Notes under the pieces: generated by a model | What the model was told of the DNA's origin: nothing | What the model saw: only the letters and a program-made list of their open reading frames with translations | Databases searched by the model: none | Source of the DNA: the human T2T-CHM13v2.0 reference genome, Homo sapiens | Strand: one strand, 5' to 3' | DNA length: 64,000 nt | NCBI RefSeq assembly: GCF_009914755.1 | Contig: NC_060931.1 | Shown here: one piece after another, positions 62,754 to 64,000 of the stretch | Numbering within the stretch: position 1 is the first letter of the stretch | Layout of the letters: the number at the start of each line of letters is the position of its first letter | Made by a program: the position numbers and the translations under genes

Positions 62754-64000
62754 TAATTTATAACTTCTTTCAACAATTAAAAATTGTTGAAATAAATATT
62801 TCACATTATTATCAATATTTATTATTGTTGTATGATCTGGATTTATAAAATAGCAGTTTTAGGTTTACGTATTGCACATGTATTGATAGATAGCCACACA
62901 TTTGAGCTCATTTTATGCATTATCTTTGAAGACTCATACATTGTTTGTTGTTTGCTTTTAAAGAAGAACATTCTGGAGAGAGAATCTGCAAACTCCTGTG
63001 TTCACTTTTTCCACAATTTGAAAGGCTTTATACATTTGATCATAGCAAAGTTATTTTAAGTAACTTCCTTCATATTGCTGTCACCAGTTATTAAGTCCCC
63101 ATACTTCAAAATTCAGTTCTTTTTTCTTTGTTTCTATTTTTCCTTATTAATCTTTATTTTCTCTAAACCCTTTTCAACTATATCATATCTCTTGAGCTTC
63201 AAATTGTTTAAATAAAGAATTTCATTCAATTGTATTTTCAGTTTCTAATCTAAGGGTAGAACATTTGGCTTTAAGGCAAATAAATTACACTGTTTATCAC
63301 TTTTTTATAAACATTACCTTCTACTCTTTTTGAGCTATGTTAGTAATTTTTTCCTTGATGGTTTTGGGTTAAACTTGTAAAACAAACACATGTTACGCTG
63401 TGCTGGAATATGATTGCCTTCAGAGTATTAAGATTAGAAGAGTTACTATTCTTTGCACACTCTTCTTTGTGGTTGTGTCTCTGGTTAATCTTTCTGGTGA
63501 TTGTGGTTTTGTTTCTTTTCCCAGTGGTTGCCATACAGACACTAATGCCAGTGTGTCTGCTCTATTGCCTCTTCACCCATGTCATTTGATGTAGTGTTTC
63601 TTGTTCCTAAGCCAGATAACCAAGCTTGTAAAATTTTGTCTTACTGTATGTACTGTTAGAAGTCAGTTGGTGCTGGAAGGGAGACGGAGGGCTGTTTGAC
63701 CCCTCTCCCAGAATAAATTATTTAGCAGTAGCAGTATTTTTCTCACTCCATGATCTTGGCTTTTGTTGGTTTGCAACTGTATTTTAAACGATTGAGTTTC
63801 TTGAAGCGCAGAACATTATTCTACCTATTAACTTTTAAATTAAAAGGTTGTTTAAAATCTTGATTTCCAGCTAAGTAAGGCTGATAGTAAGCATTGATTT
63901 ACATCTTTTTTAATGATATAAGAAATTACATAAATATAAAATATGGCTATAAAATTCTTCGTCTATAAAGTGAAGAATGTAGACTAGGTGATATTTTAAA

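Overview
Primate, almost certainly human, genomic DNA from the interior of PHTF2, transcribed on the + strand. It is not prokaryotic. Seven coding exons (33528-62702) with canonical AG/GT boundaries splice in consistent phase to give IGAYDQQIWEKSVEQREIK...KKHYPNE. There is also a 12-nt in-frame microexon (FIKL, 33902-33913) with splicing-regulator-like motifs around it. The start-codon exon and the 3' exons lie outside the window. The rest is intron dense in repeats: about 40 Alu elements, an internally deleted antisense HERV-L provirus with two MLT2A LTRs inserted into an L1MA, a solo LTR8-type LTR, MaLR LTRs, MER DNA transposons, L2/MIR relics and a Y1 RNA retropseudogene. Nearly all entries in the ORF track are Alu/L1/L2 read-through or chance ORFs. 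I found no credible novel multi-gene system. The best leads are the microexon, the HERV-L with a DUX4-like site, several local duplications anchored on Alu ends, a hairpin-based 28-bp VNTR and several short near-perfect inverted repeats. Repeat subfamily names and the gene identity come from recall of consensus sequences, not from database searches, and repeat boundaries are approximate.
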